A stretch of DNA of 64,000 nt from Antechinus flavipes (Eukaryota): NCBI RefSeq assembly GCF_016432865.1, contig NC_067403.1:256308001-256372000 (forward strand). Reading direction: 5' to 3'. The notes beneath the pieces are model-generated. The model searched no databases and was not told the DNA's origin. It worked only from the letters and a program-made list of their open reading frames with translations. Below are positions 1-12,149 of the stretch, piece after piece; position 1 is the stretch's first letter; every line of letters begins with the position of its first letter. The position numbers and the translations under genes were made by a program.

Positions 1-2375
1 GAGGCCTGGGGGGCCTGGGCCGGGGAGGGGGGCCGCCCTCCGAGTGGACGTCGTTGATGACAGCAGCTGAGCGAGGCAGGCACAGGTAGCCCCCGTAGTG
101 GTTGATGCACTTCATCTCCCCCTTGCAGGCGTCGGGGATGGTCTCGCACTCATTCACATCTGGGGGCAGGGGGCAGCTCAGAAGCAGAGGCGCCCAGAGC
201 GGGGCAGCCCCTGTGGGAACCACTCCGGGAGACATCTGCCCCCCGGAGGGGGCGGGGCCGTGATGGGCCCTCACTTTGAAACCCGGGGGTCCCCTAGGTC
301 CACGACTCCCAGAGTGGTCACAACTCATGCAGGGGCGTGAGCGCAGGGACCCGAGCCAGCAGCCCCTGCGGAAACTGGGCTTGTCTTAATCTCAGCAGCA
401 GCAGGGACAGGGGAGAGGTCAGAGCCAGCTTCTTGGAGCCCATGGGGAGAGATGGGAGGGCGCCCCCAGGCCGGAGGCCCGCTTCCTGAGTCCTCACCCT
501 GCCTACGGGGGAGGACCCTCCCCCAAAGCCTTGAACTCCAGGCCTCTTCACAAGCGCCCTGTATCCTAGGCAGAGCCCCACCTATTCCCTACTGACCGTC
601 CCCACCCCAAGTAATGACCTCATGCCGGGAGAGGTCAGTGACCCCAGGAGCGAGGGGAGGGCTATCAGTGCCCAGCCATGACTCAGCCTGGGCTGGCGGG
701 GGCCAGAGAAGCCAGCTGGCAGCAATGGCCAGTACCTTTCAGAGCCTGGGGGGGGGGGGCATCCTGCAGGACCTGAAGTACCTTTCAGAGCCTGGGGGGG
801 GGGCATCCTGCAGGACCTGAAGCCCTCTGGTGCAGAAAGGACCAGAAAAGCTGCTGCAAACCTCTGAGAAATCAGCTGGCTTTGGGAGCCCAGACCAGGG
901 GCCCTGACCCGGCCCTGGGCCAGTGAGCTTCGAGGCCAGGGAAAATCAGTAGTCGTCAGTGTTCTATCTCAGTGCATCTCCAAGCTCCATCCCCCCATTA
1001 ACCTGGTCCCCACGTCCCACTGAGTCCTCCAAACTTCTCGAACTCAGCCCCTCCTTCCAGTCTTTTACAAACTTGTCCTTTTCCATCGATCAACCAACGT
1101 GACCAATCCCACCCCCAACATCTCCCTCCCTCGGCACAGACGTTGCTCCACTCCAGGCCCAGCTTCCCCTCCTGACCCAGCCTCTACACGGATGCCCAAA
1201 GCCAGGTTTCTAAGGGACCGCTACTCACCTCGCTCAAAAATACTCGCTGGCTCCCACCCGCCTCTCGGGCTCATCCCCCACAGGCCGCCATTATTATTAT
1301 CTCTGTCTCCATCCATCTTTGTTTATCCACCCACCATCCATTCACTCGTCCATCCAGCTGTCTGTCTATCCGCCCGTCTATCTGTCGGCTGTCTGTCTGT
1401 CTATCCGCCCGTCCGTCTATCTGTCCGCCCATCTGTCTGCTTGCCTGTCTATCTGTCCGCCCGTCTATCTGTCCGCCTGTCTATCTGTCGGCTGTCTGTC
1501 TGTCTATCCGCCCGTCCGTCCATCTGTCCATCCGACTGTCTAGAACTGTTTGGGTTTGGGTCAGGCTTTTACCCCCACTGGGGTTTGGGGGGATTTCTGA
1601 TCCCGGTTAATTCTGGTGCTTTGAGGTTCACCAACAACCTCAGGGGGTCAGTGGGGCTAGGGTTCCCCTGCCACAGACTAAGAAATGGGCCCAGAGGAGG
1701 CCAGGGGCTCGCTGCGGCTGACGGGGCCTGGAGGACCCTCCCTCCGTGACCCCCCGACCCCGGTCAGGTGTCTTCCCATTGGCTTCCTCCATAGGAGACG
1801 GAAGGGAGAAAGGCAGCGAGGGGAAGGCGGGGGAGCCCCCCAGAGGCTGTCCTCCCTGTCCCTCCCCCTGCCCTGGGACTCACCCTTACAGTGCTGACTC
1901 TCTGCGTCCCACTCGTACCCGTCCGTACACTCCTAGAGCGGCACAAGGGAAGCGAGAAGCCTGGTCACGGGCAGGGAGGCCCGAGCTTCACCGAGACAAG
2001 CTCATGGGTCCTCCAGGAACCCTCGGCTCAGGCGGGGTCATCTGCAGGGCCGGGACAGCCGAGAGGCGCCGGGGCCCCCAGCCCGGGACCCCCTCAGCTA
2101 CTCCCCCACCCCCCTGGGCTTCCCCGGGAGATGGGAGGGGTCCTCTCTGACCTGCCCTGTCTCCGCCCTTGCCCCAGCCTCACCTCAGGACACCCCGGGG
2201 TTCTCTCCCCCAGCCCCCCAGTTTCCTGCTGCTTCTCCCCACCCCCCAGGCCGCTCGCAGTTTCCCGGGGTCCCACCATGTAGCTGTCCGGCTCCTCGGG
2301 ATCCTGGGGAGACGCGGTGCCCAGAAGTAGCAGCAACAGCAGCTGCCCCCGGAGGAAGGAGACAAGAGGAAGCAT
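1..2375 (-). CDS. EFEMP2: EFEMP2 / fibulin-4, 5' part (first three coding exons; gene continues off the left edge)
   Basis: Coding exons 2277-2375 ([33 protein letters not shown], signal peptide), 1884-1932 ([16 protein letters not shown], 49 nt) and <1-159 ([37 protein letters not shown], cbEGF). All have GT-AG boundaries and match fibulin-4. Confidence 0.97.
731..820. repeat. Tandem duplication of a ~45-bp unit in EFEMP2 intron
   Basis: agtacctttcagagcct(G)n catcctgcaggacctga twice, differing only in poly-G length (12 vs 10). Confidence 0.9.
1300..1540. repeat. Compound tetranucleotide microsatellite (CTAT/CTGT/CCGT/CCAT)
   Basis: Directly visible; explains the repetitive ORFs 1099-1749 and 1319-1543. 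Confidence 0.9.
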
Positions 2376-2949
2376 CCTAGGGCCAAGGGAGGAGAGCCCG
2401 GCCTCAGTCCCCCAGTGGCCCTGCCCTGAAACCCCAAGTCTCCCTCGGGTCCCAGGCACCCCCCCCCCGCCGGGCCCAAATCTCCCCCTCGGCCGCTCAG
2501 CTGGACTCGGCCTCCCAGGGGAGGGTCCTGCCCCCGCCCATCACCCCTCACTCCCCCAGGCCCGGATGCTGGTCTCCCTCAGGAGGGGCCGGTGCTGCTT
2601 GGCCCCCAGCCCCATCCCGTGTGGCCCTTTCTGGGTCCCGCCCCCCTGCCCCCCATACCGCTGACACTCCTGCCCCGGGGCTTTCCTGGGCGCTGGGGAG
2701 GTCCCGATTCCCAGCCCCCCCCAGTTCTCCCTGCGGAGCAGGCTTCCCCCTGCAGCTCTTCCTGTAGGGTCCGGGCCCCCCCCAGTGCCAGCTGTTGCCA
2801 CCCCTCCCCAGGAGACAGAGAACGCTACATCCCACCCACCCCTCCCCCCGCCAGCTGTTCCCACTGGGTCCAGGTTGTTCTCCCCCATCCAGCTGTTGGT
2901 GCCCCTCCCCCAGCAGACTCCGGCCAGGCTGTGCTGCCCCCAGCTCACC

Positions 2950-3800
2950 CGAAGGAAGCGTGGCTGACCTTGGTCCCCAGTGCCATCTCTGCCCTCGGAC
3001 CTCAGCCTTCGGCCTGGCAGCTGAAGGCACAGGACCCCTGCAGTCAGCTCCGCTGGCTCTCCCCTCCCCGGGAAAAGGGGGCCCCCACCCCCGGCCCCTC
3101 AGCCCCCAGCCCAGCCTCGAGGGACCATCGTCCCTCCTCCCGCAGCCTGGGGTCCGCCAGGGCCGGGGGCTCCTCGCCAGGGCGGGGGCGGGGGAGTTCG
3201 GGCTTATCTTCTCCTCCCCAAACTTTCCAACCCTCCCCTCCCCCCACCCTCGGCCATTCCGCTGAGTCGGCAGTTTCCGCCCGGCGGGGGCCCCGGCATC
3301 CCGGCCCCCCGCCCCCGGCCCCCGCGCTCCCCACACTCACTTGAGGCTGGGGCGACCCCGAGCCCACCCCCGCGGCCCCCGGGGCTCCGGGCTGCTCCGA
3401 GCCTGTGGGCTTGGCGAGGCTCCGCTCCCTGGACAAGCGGCCCCAGGAAGCGGCCGCCCCCCGCCCCCCAGCCCGCCCCGGACACGACACGGATTCCTGA
3501 GCCTGAGCCAGGGGGAGGGCCCCGAGCCCGAGCGAGCCCACCGGCGGCCGCCCCGTCCGTCCCCCGCCCCGCCCTGCCCAGGCGCCCGGGCTGCGGAGCG
3601 GCGGCCAAGGCCGGGGAGGGGGCGGGGGTGGGGTGAGAGGGGGGTGGGGGCGGGGGGGGGCCCTGCCTCCCGGGATCCTTCGGGCGCCGCTCTCTGAGCT
3701 TCGGAGGAGCCTTAAACGCGGTCCGCGGCCCCGCCCCCCAGCCCGAGCCCTTCACTTAGCCCTAGAGAGCCTGGAGCCCCCCAGTGCTCAGAGCCGCCGC
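2950..3800. promoter_or_regulatory. EFEMP2 CpG island / promoter with GC boxes and G-rich tract
   Basis: Dense CpG, multiple GGGCGG/CCGCCC, G-run tract 3613-3660. Confidence 0.75.
3341..3520 (-). other. EFEMP2: Probable non-coding first exon of EFEMP2
   Basis: Strong minus-strand donor AA|GTGAGT (plus-strand actcac at 3335-3340) inside a CpG island; upstream end approximate. Confidence 0.6.
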
Positions 3801-4840
3801 CGGGTCACCCAGAATTCAGCTAGAGCCGGGATCCCTGAGCCCACAGTCTCGAAGGCTGGAGTACGACCCCCGGGCCCCCAAGCCGTCACCTTGAACCTGG
3901 GATGCCAGAGCTCCCCCCTCTCTTGGGTGACTCTCCCCCATTTCTCAACCTGAAGCTGAGAGACCCCGGCTCCCCCCTTCCCCCGAGCCGCTGCCCCCTC
4001 CCCCAGGGCGTCCCCCACGGCCCCTCCCGATCCCTGAATTTCAGGTGCGCCCCAAGTCTGCACCCGCAGGTCTCCCTCCCCCCATGCTCATCCTTCAGTT
4101 TGGGCCCCAGAGACCTTGTTCCGCCCCCCAAAATCTCCCTGAGAAGGAACTGGAAGATCCCAATTCTTGGCGCCCCAAGTTCCTGAGTCCCAGAGGAGAC
4201 CCCCGAGAACCTCCTTCCTCTGAGGTTCTTGCTCAAGTGCCGGTTCCTCCGCTCCAGGGGCTGAGCACCCAGATCTAGCTCGGAGGCCGGTGGTCAGAGA
4301 CTCGGGCTTCTGCCATCCAAATGCCCTCCGGCGACTAGACCAGCCCCACCCCCACTCCCAGCTGCTGCCCAAGGGTCTGCGCCCGTCTGTCCCATGAGCA
4401 TTTAGGAGCCTCCTTCCTGGGCAGGGCAGCCCGCCCCGGGGCCAAGGGCAGAGGGACAAGGGCCCCCCTCACTCCGCTCCAGGCTTTGTGCTCAAAGTCC
4501 CATCTTCCTCCACTCCCTGCACCTGGAACTAAGCCCTTGAGCCCCACCGTGTTCCGGACTCAAGCTGAGAGATCCCCACAGTTCCCCAAGAGCGGAAGTC
4601 AAGGAACAGCACGGTCCTCTAGCTTCTTTCCACACCTGGAAGCTCCGGGTGGCCCCCTTTGCCCAGCCTTGGCCCTGCCCCCACTTTTTCCCCACTAAGA
4701 GCCTAGACTGGCTTCCTCCCGTCCCAAGCTTGGGGCTAAAGGCTTGAGCCCAACCTCTGGGCCTGCTCTGAAAAGGCCCCGATAAGACACCAGAGGATCC
4801 AACGTTACTTCTACAAACGGGAATTCATTCTAGGAGGTCT

Positions 4841-4871
<31 letters not shown>
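4841..4871. repeat. (GACA)n microsatellite
   Basis: About 8 perfect GACA units. Confidence 0.95.
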
Positions 4872-4872
<1 letters not shown>

Positions 4873-4929
4873 TTCAGGCAGGGTCATGGCCAATGAATAG
4901 GAAATAAGCAGATGATGGGTAGGTGGATG

Positions 4930-5160
4930 GGGTGGCTAGGGGGCGCCATAGGGGATAGAACGCTGGGCCTAGAGTCAGGAAAATTCATCTCCCTGAGTTC
5001 AAATCTGGCCTCAGACACTCATTAGATGATGATCCTGTTTGCCTCAGTTTCCTTATCTTAAAATGAGCTGGAGGAAAAAAAAAAATCAAACCACTCTGTA
5101 CCCCTGCCAAGGGAACCTCAAGTGGGCTCCCAAAAGTTGGACGGGACTGAACAACAAACA
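4930..5160 (+). mobile_element. MAR1/MIR-type marsupial CORE-SINE
   Basis: tRNA-derived head with B-box gagttcaaatc, core gcctcagtttcc, MAR1-like tail aaaccactc...ggactgaacaaca. Confidence 0.75.
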
Positions 5161-5214
5161 CGAGTCCCCCTTCCCCAGGCTGCTGAGTCAGTCGCTCGCC
5201 AGAAAATGCCTCGA

Positions 5215-5682
5215 ACTGGTGAGATTTACATGAACTGATGCTAAGTGAGATGAGCAGAACCAGGAGATCATTATACACTTCGACAACGGTATTGTATGAG
5301 GATGTATTCTGATGGAAGTGGATTTCTTTGACAAAGAGACCTAACTGAGTTTCAATGGATAAATGATGGACAGAAGCAGCTACACCCAAAGAAAGAACAC
5401 TGGGAAACGAATGTGAACTAGCTGCATTTTTGTTTTTCTTCCCGGGTTATTTCTACCTTCTGAATCCAATTCTCCCTGTGCAACAAGAGAACTGTTCGGT
5501 TCTGCAAACATATATTGTATCTAGGATATACTGCAACAAATCCAACATATAAAGGACTGCTTGCCATCTAGGGGAGGGGGTGGAGGGAGGGAGGGGAAAA
5601 AAATCGGAAAAGAAACGAGTGCAAGGGATAATGTTGTCAATATAAAGTAATCATTAAATAAAAATTAAAAAGAAAAAAAAAA
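5215..5682 (+). mobile_element. 5'-truncated dasyurid-type L1 with poly(A) and 14-bp TSD
   Basis: L1 3' end (catgaactgatgctaagtgagatgagcagaacc...); perfect TSD agaaaatgcctcga at 5201-5214 and 5683-5696. Confidence 0.9.
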
Positions 5683-6272
5683 AGAAAATGCCTCGAGGGT
5701 CTCTCACCCTCCCAGGGACTTGCACCTCTCCTTCACTTCCCTGAGCATAGCCAGACCCCCTTTTCTGCCTTTTGCCAAATGAAATCCTGAGGCTCCAGTG
5801 GTTTCAGGTACGACTGCGTTGATTTTCATTGTTCGTGTGCTCAAACGTTTACTACTGACAATAGTTAATATGTTTAGAATTTAAAATATGTCCATTCTAA
5901 AGCTCATGCAAGGCCGGACTCGAGGGTCACCTCATGGGATAATACATTTTAGGAAATCGATCTCGGAGACTGTTCCTCCATTTCCCCCTCCAGGATCATT
6001 TCTTGGTTGTGGTGAAGGCACTTGTAGCTCAATGAAACCACAAGCTAGGCCATGAGGGTTACCTAAGACCGAGGGTCATGGTGGAAGCGGTTGGGTCCAA
6101 GCTGAAGACAAGTTCAGTCCGGGAACCTGGAAGGCAGGTTGCTCAAGTCAAACGGGCCAGAGTGGATCGATTCCGTGGAGAGCTACAACATCTGCTGGAA
6201 ATAACAGTGGAAAAGATGTCACATTCATCCTAAAGGTGCTAAAGCAGGAAGGTAATTGGAATAACAGGAAAG

Positions 6273-6846
6273 ACTACCCGGATGGTATCGAAAAGAGATC
6301 ATGAAAGAGGGACAAGGACCCACGTGTGCAAAAATACTTGTGGCAGTTCTTTGTGGGGGCAAAGAATTGGAAAATGAGTGGATACCCATCAACTGGGGAG
6401 TGGCCGAATAAATTGTGGCATATGAAAGTAACACGATAGGATTGTTCTATAAGAAATGATGAGCAGACTGATTTCGGAAGAGCCCAGAGAGACATGAACT
6501 GATGCTGAATGAAGTGAGCAAAACCATTGGCAACAAGAAGATTGTGGGATGATCCGTTATGGTGGACTTAGCTCTTCTCAGCAAGTCAGTGATCCAAGGC
6601 AATTCCAATAAACTTTGGATGGAAAATGCCATCTGCATCCAGAGAGGGAACCGTGGAGACTGACCAAAGCACACGATTTCTACTCTTCTTTTCTTGTTTT
6701 TTTTTTCTTTTTTATTCATGGTTTTCCCCTTTTATTCTGATTTTTCTCTCTCAACATGACTCATGTGAGAATATGTAAAAAAAAAATAATGTACATGTAT
6801 AATCTAAAAAAAATTTTTTAAGGGTAACTAAAAAAAAAAAAAAAAA
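6273..6846 (+). mobile_element. 5'-truncated L1 inserted in the RTE
   Basis: L1 ORF2 end plus 3'UTR and poly(A); TSD gaataacaggaaag (6259-6272) / gaataacaggcaag (6847-6860). Confidence 0.85.
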
Positions 6847-7329
6847 GAATAACAGGCAAGTTTAACCTTGGCACACAAAATAAAGCAGGACAGAGACTAA
6901 TAAACTTTTGTCGAGATAACTCCCTGGCCATAGTGACTACACATGGATATCACCAGATGGTCAGTATAGAAATCAGATTGATTATATGCTTGGCGGCTAA
7001 AGCTTGAGAAGCTCTTATATTGTCAGTTTAAGGAAACGAGATCTGGATCTGACTGTGAATTTCTTATTGCAAAATTCAGACTTAAATTGAAGAAAGTAGG
7101 GAAACCATCAGACTATATAGGAATCCTTTAGGAATTTGAAGTGAAGGTGATGAATAGATTTAAGGGATCAGATCTGATCGGTAGAACTAGGGAGAGAGGT
7201 TCGCAGTGTTGTATAAAAGGCAGCAACAAAAGCCATCTCAAAGAAAAAGAAATTCAAGAAAGTAAAATGGCTGCCTGACAAGGCGCTACAAATAGCAGGG
7301 AAAGAAGGACAGCCAAATGCAGAAAATAG

Positions 7330-7645
7330 CAAGGAGGGATGGCATTGTTGTTTGTCCTTCATTCTGGAAGATGTCCCAGATGGTGACGCCATGACATGCA
7401 AGTGAATTGGATTTATCTGAGGGAGTCTGTTGCAGAGTCAACAGCCTTCCTTTCTCCTTTGGATCCATCTGGGCCCAGTGGCCGGATCTAGTCATGTCTG
7501 CAGTGGGAGATCTTGGGTCTTTTTACTTTTTTGAAGTAATTGGGGTTTGATTTGCCCAGGGCCATCCAGTACATCTCAAAATTTGAAGTCAGGTCCTCCT
7601 GATTCCAGGGCTGATGTTCCACCCACTATACCATCTAGCAAAGAG
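7330..7645 (-). mobile_element. MAR1/MIR-like SINE fragments inside the RTE
   Basis: gttgtttgtccttcattctggaag... and reverse SINE head aggtcctcctgattccagg...accatctagc. Confidence 0.6.
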
Positions 7646-7677
7646 AAAGATTTTCTTTCTTTCTAATGAGGTTTAGA

Positions 7678-7830
7678 NNNNNNNNNNNNNNNNNNNNNNN
7701 NNNNNNNNNNNNNNNNNNNNNNNNNNNNNNNNNNNNNNNNNNNNNNNNNNNNNNNNNNNNNNNNNNNNNNNNNNNNNNNNNNNNNNNNNNNNNNNNNNNN
7801 NNNNNNNNNNNNNNNNNNNNNNNNNNNNNN
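7678..7830. other. Assembly gap (153 N)
   Basis: N run. Confidence 1.
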
Positions 7831-7874
7831 TATTTTCAAAATATATGCAAAGATAGTTTTCAACATTCACTCTT

Positions 7875-8487
7875 TTTTTTAAAATTTAATTTTATTTAAT
7901 AATAACTTTGTATTGATAGAATCCATGCCAGGGTAATTTTTTACAACATTATCCCTTGCACTCGCTTATATTTTGTTTTTTTCCCCTCCCTCCCTCCACC
8001 CCTGCCCCTCCCCCCCAAGATGGCAAGCAGTCCTATATATGTTAAGTATGTTGCAGTATATCCTAGATACAATACATATTTGCAGAACCGAACAGTTCTC
8101 CTGTTGCACAGGGAGAATTGGATTCAGAAGGTAAAAATAACTCGGGAAGAAAATCAAAAATGCAAATAGTTCACATTCGTTTCCCAGTGTTCCTTCTCTG
8201 GGTGTAGCTGTTTCTGTCCATCATTTATCCAATGAAACTCAATTAGTTCTCTTTGTCAAAGAAATCCACTTCCATCAAAATATGTCCTCATACAATATCG
8301 TTGTCGAAGTGTATAATGATCTCCTGGTTCTGCTCATCTCACTTAGCATCAGTCCATGTAGGTCTCTCCAAGCCTCTCTGTATTCATCCTGCTGGTCATT
8401 CCTTACAGAGCAATAATATTCCATAATATTCATATACCACAATTTACCGAGCCATTCTCCAATTGATGGGCATCCATTCGTTTTCCA
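7875..8487 (-). mobile_element. Young L1 3' end nested in an older L1 tail
   Basis: Poly(T) then reverse L1 3'UTR; perfect 15-bp TSD tcaacattcactctt at 7860-7874 and 8488-8502. Confidence 0.9.
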
Positions 8488-10657
8488 TCAACATTCACTC
8501 TTGCAAAACCTTGTGTTTCAAATTTATTCTTCTCCCCTTTCCCTCACCTCCTCTCCTAGACAGTAAGTAATCCAATATATGTTAAACGTGCATTTTCAGA
8601 AGATTTTCTTAATTAAGCAATGCAAAGAAATAGAAGAAAAGAATAGAATGGGGAAGACAAGAGATCTCTTCAAGAAAATTAGAGATATCAAGGAAATGGC
8701 ATGCAAAAATGGACACAATTTTTTTTTGAATGCAGGAAAGAGTTATTTTGCATTTTTGCAAGAACAGCACCTAGTGTAAACACACCTTTGAAACTCCAAA
8801 GGTGGTATCCTGATTCAAAAATGGGCATGATTAAAAACAATCACGGCAAATCAAGAAGAGGTAGCAAGAACATACAAAAGATCTACACAAGAAAGAGCTC
8901 ATCATGACTGTTAGTTTTGGTGCAGTTACTGATCTAGAGCCAGACATCTTGGAAAATGAAGTGGTAAGCTCACAACAAAGCTAGTGAAGATGACAGGATT
9001 TCAGGTGAGCTGTTTAAAGTCCTAAAAGTGCTGTACTCAATTTCCAAGCACATTTGGAAAACTCAGCATAGGCCATTGGATCGGGAAAAGATCAGTTTAC
9101 ATTTCAATTGTAAAGAATGACAACGCCAGAGAATGGTCCAATTCCCAAACAATTTTGACATTTTATATGCCAGTAAAATTAAGCTTAAGATTCTGCAAGC
9201 TAAGCTTCAGCAGTACACGAACCAAGACATAGCCGAAGAGCAGGCTAGTTTTCGTCAGGTAGAGGAACTAGAGACCAAATTGCCAACATTTGAAGGATTA
9301 TGGAGAAAGCAAGGGAGTGGCACAAAAATCAACCAACCAACCAAACAAAAAACCATCTCCTTCTGCTTCATTGACTACATTAAAGCTTTTGACTGTGTGG
9401 ATAACAACGAAATGTCGCAAGTCCTCAAAGAAATGGGAGGCCCAGTTCACCTTACTTGTCTCCTGAGGAAGCTGGATGAGGGCTAAGAAACAATAATTAG
9501 AACTGACCATGAAGGAACTGATGGGGTTAGGATTGGAAAAGAAGCAGGACAAGGCTGTAGACTGTCACCTTTTTTAATTTCCTTGCCAGGCCGGAAGAAT
9601 CAAATGGTTAGAATTCAGGTTGGGGGGAGAAATATCAACGATCTGAGATATGGAGACAGAAGCGAAGAAGAATTAAGAAGAAATAAAGAAATGAATAAAG
9701 ACATTAAGTCAGCTTAGTCACTGGAAAGTCAAATACTGAAGCCAAAGCATACTTTGGCCATGTGATGAGAACACGGGATTCACTGGAACAGACCAAAGAT
9801 TGGACAAGATTGAAGGCAAAAAAAGAAAGGGACGGCAGAGGATGAGATGGATATTTAGTGTCATGGAGATGAGGAACATGAATTTGGACAGACTTGGGGA
9901 GAGAGTGGAGGATAGAAGGGCGGAGGTCAATGGGGTCGCATGAAGTTGGTAGCTACTGGAAATGGAGATCTAGAGAGGGGGAGGGCTTGTTCACACTCAT
10001 GCAGATTAAAAAAAAAAACAACAAAAAAAACCAAGAGGAAAGATTTAAATTCAGAGCATCTGATTCCATGGCAACCAGTCAAGGTTGCCTTTCTCTACAA
10101 GATAGCTCGTTCTTCCATTCGCCATAAAAGATCTGAAAGAGGCTCTTTTGCACCCTCTGGTGTCCGAGGCTGGCACTGCAGGAAAGGAGGCTGGAGACTC
10201 AACAAGGATATTTGAATATTCACACGGGGAAGAGGCTATTTCGCCCAACACTCTCATTTTACAGAAGGGGAAACTAAGGCTCAGCGAGAGGCAGGGACTC
10301 TCCAAAGTCACACGGGTAGATTATGGTAGGATTCAAAAGCAACCCTCCAGACCCAGCACTCTCTGCAACGCAGAACCTCAGATCTGAAAGGGACCTCAGA
10401 GGCATCTTCCCTCTTACCTGGATAGGTAATTCCCTATAATCTCTTGACAAACAGTCATCAATCCTTGGCAAAGGAGGGTCAAGGGTGTGGTAGAGACAGC
10501 TAGAAAGGAATTTTCAAAATGATTGGGCATTTTTTTTTACCTTAGAAATGACACATGTAATAAATTAGAGACGGATTTATTATTTTGTAATTATCTAGAT
10601 TTAAGAAAATGACCCAAAAATGTTAATAGTATAGATAACACTTAAAAGGATGTCACA

Positions 10658-10800
10658 TGGGCAGCTAGGTGGTGCAGTGGATAGAGCACCAGCTCAGAAG
10701 TCAGGAGGAATTCTCAATTCAATCAAATTGATCTCAGACACTTCACACTTCCTAGCTGTGTGACCCTGGGCAAGTCACTTAACCCCAATTGCTTGGGAGG
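10658..10800 (+). mobile_element. WSINE1/Mar1-type SINE (representative; further copies ~12786-12930, 15156-15290, 18578-18725, 21473-21610, 21900-22010, 28753-28895, 50710-50860, 56810-56915 minus, 58960-59090, 60165-60290)
   Basis: gggcagctaggtggtgcagtggatagagcacc...ctagctgtgtgaccctgggcaagtcacttaaccccaattgc, most copies with an A-rich tail. Confidence 0.9.
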
Positions 10801-12149
10801 CGGGGAGTGTGTTACAGTTACATTTCTTGGAAAGCCGGTTGTTAAACACATTCAGCCCATCACTAAGGGGAACCCATCATTTTCCAGGACAGTTCTCCTA
10901 CTTCATTTTTGATTGGTACGAAGTCAGGAGATGAAAATCTGTCACTTTGTAACTTCTGCTCACAAAACTCATCCTTCTGTATCTCGGTTTCCTCATATGT
11001 CAAATTAGCATGTTAGACATATAAGACTGCCTGCCATCGAGGGAAGGGGGGGAAGGGAAAAGTTAGAACAGAAGTGAGTGCAAGGGATAATGATGGAAAA
11101 AATGACTCAGGCATGGGTTCTGTCAATCAAAAAAAAAAAGCTATGACAAAATTAATAAAAATAATTTTTAAAAATTAGCAGGTGAGATTCTATGTCCTTT
11201 GGGGGCTCTTGCACCTCTAAATCTACAGTCCTATCACGTGCCACGTGGGAGAAAGCGATTGCACCTTCCCAGGTTTCTCTTCTGAGCCTAAAGGTCCCTC
11301 GTGCCTTCTGCCGATGCTCCCATGAGGGAGAAGGCCTCCTCTGATCACTTCAGCCTCTCAGTGTCCTTCTGAAATGGGCAGCTTGGCGGGGGTGGGGTGG
11401 TGGGAAGGGGTGGGGATGGGGGGGTTACTTGGACCATCCCAATACAAGTCTACAGCTCTTGGAGTCAATGCTGGTGAGGTACAGGGACACGGGGTCTGGC
11501 AGCTGAGCATCCGAGCTGTGTGACTAAGCGGGTCAGGCTTCAAAACTGGCCCAAAATGAGCGACTAGACGAGACTGTCCCCAAGGTCGTCTCCGGGCCCA
11601 CCATTTCCATTTTGGCTCCAGTCTCTTTTCCGCCTCTGATGGTCCGTGTCCCATACTCTCAGGACTCTGCAACCAGAAGAGCAAGTTCAACAAATACTCC
11701 CCGAGAAAGGGGGGCCGCCCCTCCCTGCACGTGGCCCAGTCTCCAGAGTCGGGGAAGGAGACTTCGCTTCCGCCCCATCCCCATCCCCCACTGCCCACCC
11801 ACCGCCACTCATGGGTGAGACTAGGCCGAGAAGCACTGCACGTTCCCACCACCTCGTGAACCTCACGGAGCCTGAGCGGAGCAGCTCAGCTTCCCTTCCC
11901 CTCAGCAACCACAGCCACTGAAGGCTCCGAAGAGAAAGTTCTCACCACCAAAACCCTTGACATTTTCATTAGGCCACAAATGTTCATTTTAAACGCTGGG
12001 GTGACAAGAAGAGGCAGCCCCTCTGCCCCCGAAACTCCCCACGCCCAGGCCTTGCTTTCCGAGAGGGACCCAATGAAGAAGGCAACAGGCAGACAGTGCA
12101 CAACCAAACGCGTCAAGGAGACGGGCTCCGAGGGCAGGAGGGGGAAGCC

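Larger units (their letters stand above)
5900..9960 (+). mobile_element. Degenerate BovB-like RTE LINE (endonuclease, RT, 3' end) interrupted by nested insertions
   Basis: Recognisable peptides: ELQHLLEIT..KDVTFI, GITGKFNLGTQNKAGQRLINFCRDNSL, SPDGQYRNQIDY, KQCKEIEEKNRMGKTRDLFKKIRDIK, FIDYIKAFDCVDNN..LKEMGGPVHLTCLLR; BovB-like 3' end atggggtcgca. Confidence 0.85.

Noticed and set aside
1099-1749. 216-aa ORF with repeated SV/CL motifs
   Set aside because: Translation of a tetranucleotide microsatellite in an EFEMP2 intron.
2548-3755. Several 150-260-aa ORFs on both strands at the EFEMP2 5' end
   Set aside because: Pro/Gly/Arg-rich CpG-island artefacts with no homology.
5990-6272. Exon-like segment with AG/GT ends and long open frames, suggesting a hidden gene
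   Set aside because: Translates to RTE endonuclease (ELQHLLEIT..KDVTFI) and continues after the L1 insertion.
7678-7830. ORFs spanning the N runs (also 26728-26859)
   Set aside because: Artefacts of assembly gaps.
10658-10740. tRNA-like A/B boxes as tRNA genes (here and in other SINE copies)
   Set aside because: They are SINE heads continuing into CORE sequence and A-tails; no cloverleaf or acceptor stem.
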